A DNA stretch of 64,000 bases from Bugula neritina (lineage: Eukaryota > Animalia > Bryozoa), in the NCBI GenBank assembly GCA_964035545.1, contig OZ037769.1:4445929-4509928 (forward strand). Reading direction: 5' to 3'. The translations under genes and the position numbers were made by a program. Below are positions 58,201 through 64,000 of the stretch, piece by piece; position 1 is the stretch's first letter; each line of letters begins with the position of its first letter. The notes under the pieces were generated by a model. The model searched no databases and had not been told where the DNA came from. It was given only the letters and a program-made list of their open reading frames with translations.

Positions 58201-61200
58201 AATGTAAAACTAATATGGATTACTGTTGCCTTTATACAACAGGATGACAAAAACTAAAGTTCTAAGACTTGTTCTAGAACAACAGCTAGCGGTGAATAGA
58301 AAACAATATAATACAAGAATAAAAACCAGAATATATGTATGATACTGAGCAAACATCGAACAATATTTGGAATTCCAGAAGAATGTAATACGAAAGGTTT
58401 GAGTAAGGAGTGGAGGCTGTTTACTGACCTGTATAGACAATTCCACATAACTCGTTGCTAGTATCAATATGCTCAGGTATAACAAAGATGGAGGGGTTCA
58501 CGTGACCCCCGGAGATCCACCTGTAAGATCTGAAGCCACCTGTAGAACAAAAAAAACAATTTCAGTGCCTCTCAATAAAATCAAAATGTAAAAAAATTAT
58601 TTATTTATTTTTGATTGCAAAATAAAATTTTAAATACTCTAAGGCCTAAGGCCTAAGCTATTACAAATTTTATATTCAATAGCTTACAATGCAAAAGCAC
58701 ATAATTATTGTCACAAAAACTACTCTAAAAACTAATAAAGTGCCTAAAGTCTCAACTTCTCAGTTTTGTATGAAAGCCTTAGTTATGGCAACGTTATAAA
58801 CAAATTTAGCAAATCAGGTTAAGGTTAGAGTTATCTATTCACCAAACATACTTTATGACATGGAAATTTCTTAAATAATTACTTTCTATGAACATAAATG
58901 AAACAGTCAACTTAGCTTATAATAAAACACTTTCTCACCAGAGAAACCCAACCAAATGCCGTCGACATCTTTATTGTACAGATGGTTGGAGCTCCTAAGT
59001 AGCCCTTCCTCCATCTTGTTGCTAATTTCCAGTAGGGACATGTTTTGAGCCTCACAGTATTCCTTAGCCCCGTCCCACGACCTTCTGTTCTGCACGTTGA
59101 ATTCATAGCATCGGCCATTGAATGATATTAGCCCAGGTCTGCACACCCCTGCATACAACATAATGAGTCATTACATACAAAACTATGAGTCATATCAGAT
59201 ACAACACAATGAGTCATTACATACAAAACTATGAGTCATATTACATACAAAACAATGAGTCATATTAGATATAATGAAGCTATAAGTTAAGCATAATATA
59301 AAGTAGTTGGGTTTAGTAAACTCTACCAACATGGTCTAAAAAAAAACATTTTAAATAATTTAAACTTTTAAATCATACTAAGTACAGTGGCCATATTTAA
59401 AATTGCGTCAGTATTTAGGCTTTCAAACAGCAAATCTCTTGACAAATTTATTTTCTCTTTAAAGTGAGTATTAAAAGAATAGTAGGAAAACTCTCCAGTA
59501 TCAAATTAACAGCTAACAGAACACGCAGACAAGAGTAGAAAATAGAGAAATAAGGAGTTGTTTTACCTTGAGCCTTTTGGCAGACAAAACTTTTATCTTC
59601 ATAACATCCATCAACATGCCACCCCTCTTCATTTACTTTAGAATTGTCCATAAACACACAGCCACGATTAAACCTGGTATCAAAAGTATCACAATATTGT
59701 ATAATGTTGGTAAAGATCTGAGCAATATATTAACTTACTAAAAACTACATCTGTTAAAACTGCAACTCTTGAAAGGTCCATACTGCAAAAATGGAATCAC
59801 TCACTCGCTCACTCGCTCACTCACTCATTCGCTCACTCAATCACTCACTCACCCACCCACCCACCCTTTCACTTACTCACTCACTCACTCACTCACTCAC
59901 TCACTCACTCACCCACTCACTCACTAACCCACCCACTCACTCACTCACTCACTCACTCACTCACTCACTCACTCACTCACTCACCCACTCACTCACTAAC
60001 CCACCCACTTTGAATTTTATGCCAGACTAATCATATGTAATGACATAATAAATTATAATGTAATAAAATCATCCATATATAATAGTAAACAAATTAGCCT
60101 CTAATAGCATTTATTAAAATAAGTTAAAAAAATAACTAAATATACAAAAACATAAAATAGCATAAGATCTTGAAGAATGCTCACACAGTGAAGTCTGGCT
60201 GTTGAGATGCCCAGTAAGTAGGTTGTTTATCATGATCCAGCGTGGTGCCATCAGTCCATAAGCTAGAGGTGTGAGAACCAGTCTATAACACAAGAAATAG
60301 TCTTAATATATACATAAATACAAACCAATGATGTTCTAGTCTTTATATATAATTATACAACTTTCAATATCTTTCACCTGACCGTTTTAATGAGTTGTAC
60401 TAAAATGGACAATTTGAAGAGATATTTAATTTTGTAGCAAAAAACGTCAAAATTTTCATAAATAAACCACTATTCTCACAAAAACGCATAAATATAAAAT
60501 TAAAGAAAATATATATAATTATAAGACAATGACGCGTCTATCCTATTTTTTTTAAAAAAAACCAATAATTGCTGAAATAAACTACAAGCTGGTATGTTTA
60601 TTTTTTAATGGCTTCAGTCACCAAAACAAACAGAACCAATCAATGCTTTACCTTGTTGATCTGTAGACCAATCCAGAACTTATCAAACTTGTCAGCTGAG
60701 ACAGTGAGGAGAGAGAATTGATCATCATGTGAGTGGACTGTTGCCAGCTGACTATCTTCTGTGAACTCACAGTATTCCCTGTGGAATATATTATATTATA
60801 GAATATCTTCAGTGGGCAGACAACTCTCAGGTTATTCCTATAGAAGTTTTTTTTTGCGATAGAAGCAGAATCGAATTAGCTAAATCCTTGAACTGTATTA
60901 AATAAATATTATCTATGTTACATATGTTGAAACTAGAAAAAGTTTTTAAACCATATTAAGCTAATTTCATTACATGCAAACATTCCAGAAGTCCAAACTT
61001 ATATAACAAATAAACATGCTCCATTTTTCATGTTCAACTGTTTTTATTTGTTAATGGTAACCATAGTAACTTGCCTGCTAACAATAGCCTTAATATGACA
61101 GGATGTTGTCTTTGAAGAGATAATTATCAATTGAATATTTCAAAAACTACAACATCTAAAAAATTTCAATAATCTTATTTAATCAATGAAGAGTAGCAAA

Positions 61201-63428
61201 ACACTCACTTAGCTTCATACCACGACATCTTGCGGTCAGAAAAAGATTTCCAGCAAGTATTTCTCACTTCAAACCAGCCATCGCCATAGTCACAATGTGA
61301 GGGTGAGACTTAAGAACAAAATACACAACAAATCACAAGGTAATTACAAAATTTATTCAACACACTGAGCAAGAAATGGTAGATTTGAGCAGCTTGAGTA
61401 TAAAAAAAAATCAATTTTCACGCCATGGCTATTGCTTGAAAATGAAAACTGTCTAATCACAAATTGTTTGCAAACAGCTGGACTTTTTCTAACATAATTA
61501 TTATAATAGAAGAAATACAAAGACCTTAGTTTTTGTATTACTATAAAAGGCATTTCATAATTAAACATCTTTTAAACACAGTGACTGCATTGTAACAGCA
61601 TTACATTAAAAAAGAATTAATCATCGAAAATAGAAGATCTATTAAAAAAAAATACACTCAAACGCAGGATAGGTTTGGATCAAAGCTAATTTTCCATCTA
61701 GCAAAGTTTACAAGGAAGATAACTCTGTAAGTAGGCAAACACTTACTAGAAATGTTAGTCCGTTTACAAATGTAGGGCTTCTTGACGTGACAACCCTGTT
61801 CACTAAGACCTCTAACAATACTTTCTTTCTTCTGAAGAGGAATAAAGTCTAGAATAGTAGAGATCAGGGCACATCTGTTGCATGTTTTGTGCCTACAATC
61901 CACTTCACTATGATCTTTGGGATAGCCGTCCACCCATTTCCTGTGAGTCATTCATTGATTCGAAATTAGATAATAAATATGGAAACTGCTTCAACTCAAT
62001 AAGCTGATAAAACATAATCATAAAATATGCGCATACGAAAACATTGAATGCCATTTAAAACTAAATATTAAACTACAGATGTAGTCCAGTTGTTGCATTG
62101 ACACAATATTTGTTAAACTAACAGAGTTGTCTCCTTATTTAAGGGTGAATTGTTGGAACTCCACACCCAGCTGTTGGGTTTAGACACGTCTGTTAGTCCA
62201 GTCCACCACTCTTGTTGTATCAGTTCATTTATCGTAATGTCATTCATTTGGTAAGAGAGCCAATCCTGCAATCAACCAATCAAAACCAAGTGTACGACTA
62301 CAGATAAATGTTCGGAGAAAAATCTTGATTTTTATAACAGAAATACTAAACACTAAATATTCAACACTAAACCGTTAGGTAACTAACACACTACCAGTCC
62401 GTTGCTGTGAAGCAATAATAAAAAACTGTATGCAAGCTATAAAAATACTGGAAATCTACCTTCAAACATTCAGTATTTGTTTTACTAAGCTATAAAATGG
62501 TTTACTTCATAATTCACAAAATCAATAAAAATTCACATACATTACAGTTTGCTCCATAAAAATAAGGCAAAATTATCCAAAAAAACCTCACACAAAACCA
62601 GTTGAAAATTAGAATAATGTTATTGCCAAAATGTGTAAATCTACAAAATAAAAACTTAATAACCAGTTTCATATTAGAGTTTACAAAGAGTGAATGATTC
62701 TGAAATATTTTAATAACAACAACATACAGCATATAATAGCTTCTATAAACTCACCAATTCTTCCTGAGATTCTATGTAGAGGAGATCTGACTGCGTCTGC
62801 TTACAGAAGGAGTTGGCATGATGCCAGCTTTTAGCGGGACTATTTCTGGCAGATATATAGTAGCAGTTGTCATTCCATGACCGCCATCCAGGTGGACAAA
62901 CGTAACATTCGGCTGAAGTCAAAAATAAAATATAATAAAGATAGATAGGAATTATATATATAGGTTGTATTTGGCGTGTAAAAGAGGTAAATTTGTAATG
63001 TTTTGTGTATACTGTCAATTAGATTTCTTAAGATAAGCAATTGAAATGTTTCCATTACCAAAAAGTAAACAAGCAATGGTGGAGTTTTGAACCTTTAAAG
63101 TATCAACGTTCTTGGTGAAGTTTCATCCACTACTTCAACAGGCCAAATATGCATAGCTTAGTTTTAAAAGATTCTGCCAGAGAAATTAAAAAATAACTGA
63201 CACATGTTTTAACAGCTCTATGATAGTTGGCTACACAAGAAAAAAAAGTAAATATATCATCTTCATTCGGCTACAAAATATTTTAGGATCTTTAAAGCTG
63301 TAGGCTAAGTTTATTTAAATACAGCCTTACACAATGACTTCTTACAAAATAAATAAGCACATCTATAAAAACTTACCAGTTAGAAGTATAGCCAACAGTG
63401 GCAATAAATATTTACCACGCAGCCACAT
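33176..63428 (-). CDS. Macrophage mannose receptor-like multi-C-type-lectin receptor: signal peptide, 16 CTLDs, Thr-rich stalk, TM, short tail; roughly 50 exons
   Basis: ATG 63428 (exon 63428-63377, MWLRGKYLLPLLAILLT|AEC). CTLD starts (C..W/F...CY...W..A...C; WIGL; W.DG; final C pair) near 62.9, 61.3, 59.1, 57.2, 55.4, 54.1, 52.9-52.3, 51.2, 48.3, 46.7, 45.0, 43.0, 41.3, 39.95, 38.0 and 36.0 kb. EPN+WND in CTLD8, 13 and 16. Stalk/TM exon ~33877-33483 (VALIFGLVAVGIIVAVVATFAGLYI). Last exon 33313-33176 AKGYNL..HFENN..FTNQLF..RPPT*. Confidence 0.92.
37313..37588. repeat. 40-bp minisatellite x7, each unit containing the lectin gene's 5' splice site
   Basis: ACTTAC (GTAAGT on minus) at 37341, 37381, 37421, 37461, 37501, 37541 and 37581. 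Confidence 0.95.
39406..39675. repeat. 45-bp minisatellite x6 spanning a 3' splice site and the first 14 nt of an exon
   Basis: Minus-strand unit ...CACCACTGTTTTACAG|GAGGCATGTGTTAC; acceptors at 39420, 39465, 39510, 39555, 39600 and 39645. Confidence 0.95.
40096..40340. repeat. (GT)n microsatellite
   Basis: Directly visible, intronic. Confidence 0.95.
42148..42445. repeat. Degenerate (ACT/ACTA)n simple repeat
   Basis: Directly visible, intronic. Confidence 0.8.
44468..44680 (-). mobile_element. tRNA-derived SINE family A, near-intact copy with 18-bp TSD
   Basis: Minus strand GGAGCAGCCGTGGTCTAGGGGTTAGAGCG (A box) ... GGGTTCGAGCCC (B box); flanked by CATTACACACTACATATT at 44450-44467 and 44681-44698. 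Confidence 0.93.
46986..47214 (+). mobile_element. tRNA-derived SINE family A
   Basis: Family head, core and tail; degenerate TSD ATAATAGAC..TTTATA on both sides. Confidence 0.88.
47277..47377 (-). CDS. Alternative exon B of CTLD9 (WVNGAPFYYVLWAKSEPTGSGNAEMCAQISNEQ)
   Basis: caacag|G TGG...CAA G|gtacac, 101 nt, phase 2->1. Confidence 0.8.
47422..47522 (-). CDS. Alternative exon A of CTLD9 (WVDGSAVDFAPWYEGEPSKHGGAENCVQMYHDS)
   Basis: ttttag|T TGG...AGC G|gtaata, 101 nt, phase 2->1. Confidence 0.85.
49161..49379 (+). mobile_element. tRNA-derived SINE family A
   Basis: GGAGCAGCCTTGGTCTAAGGGTTAG, GGTCCGAACCC, family core and tail. Confidence 0.9.
49640..50055. repeat. 21-bp minisatellite (AGAGAACAGCTAGGGAGTCAT), ~20 copies
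   Basis: Head-to-tail units in a lectin-gene intron. Confidence 0.96.
53205..53290 (-). mobile_element. tRNA-derived repeat/SINE head, family B
   Basis: Minus strand GTGGCCCATGTGGTGTGATGGTTAG..GCTTGCAAG.CCGGAGGTC..GGTTCGAACCCCAGTGGGAGCAAA aligns with 21050-21135. Confidence 0.7.
54385..54597 (+). mobile_element. tRNA-derived SINE family A carrying ~85 bp of the 3' flank of the 46986 copy
   Basis: A box TGGTCTAGTGG, B box GGTTCGAATCCC; downstream 54595-54679 aligns with 47212-47296. Confidence 0.9.
56842..56900. repeat. Perfect inverted repeat, 29-bp arms and 1-nt spacer
   Basis: ATTTTAGCATCAATTTAACTGCTTACATA G TATGTAAGCAGTTAAATTGATGCTAAAAT. Confidence 0.95.
59152..59265. repeat. Short ~21-23-bp tandem repeat (ATACAAAACTATGAGTCATTAC) abutting an exon acceptor
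   Basis: ATGAGTCAT recurs 5 times. Confidence 0.85.
59797..60008. repeat. (TCAC)n tetranucleotide microsatellite
   Basis: Directly visible. Confidence 0.95.
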
Positions 63429-64000
63429 GACTTGTAGCTGAGGATTTCAAACACAAATGTACATCTAGAACGCCTGATGGCATATAAGCATATATGAAGT
63501 AATAAACACATTTTATATGCGAGTAAAACAATGTAACCAGGTGATATCATGTCTACAGTTACTCTTATTCTCATGTGCCTTGCTATCTCAAACAATGGCT
63601 CTCTTAGTAGACAATCGACAATGTTACAAACCTACTGATAAGGTTAAACTATTACATACCATGTCATTTAAAAATAAACACTACATACAATTAAGGTTAC
63701 TGTAATATCTGTTAACTATATGAATAGATATAATTACTTGTGATAAAGAGCATTTAACTTATTGGGTAAGGGTGTCTTTTACTGCCTTATCAGCATATTT
63801 CGACACACAGAAAAATTACTGTTGGTCACTATTGTTATGAATGCAGATAGCTCTGTATAAACACACATAATGGTGTATACTATTTACTTGGTAAGGAAAG
63901 TCTATTATTTAAACATTTTCTCCCACTTGGCTATTTTTCATCATGAAAAAATTTGGTATTTACAAATTTCAGATAAATAGCAGCCTAAATTCATTCATAA

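Overview
AT-rich, intron-dense eukaryotic DNA from an invertebrate animal; the taxon cannot be fixed from the sequence. Four complete multi-exon genes were assembled by hand from splice sites and codon phase. (1) A + strand type-B carboxylesterase with an intact Ser/Glu/His triad and C-terminal KDEL (856-8352). (2) A - strand type I membrane protein with two CUB-like domains and a Tyr-motif tail (18937-12958). (3) A + strand DNAJB6/MRJ-type co-chaperone (25699-32551). (4) A 30-kb - strand mannose-receptor-like lectin with 16 C-type lectin domains (CTLDs), a mucin-like stalk, a TM helix and an endocytosis-like tail (63428-33176). A small, probably decayed secreted-protein gene lies at 10483-11805. 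Introns carry at least 9 copies of a tRNA-derived SINE, several MITEs, palindromes, and mini/microsatellites. The most striking signal is a pair of homologous 101-nt exons only 44 nt apart in CTLD9 of the lectin gene. They look mutually exclusive and would swap the sugar-binding loop (EPS vs EPT). The same gene has minisatellites that have amplified its own splice donor (x7) and acceptor (x6), plus a SINE-linked copy of one alternative exon's tail that forms a potential stop-containing micro-exon. All splice models are predictions without transcript data.
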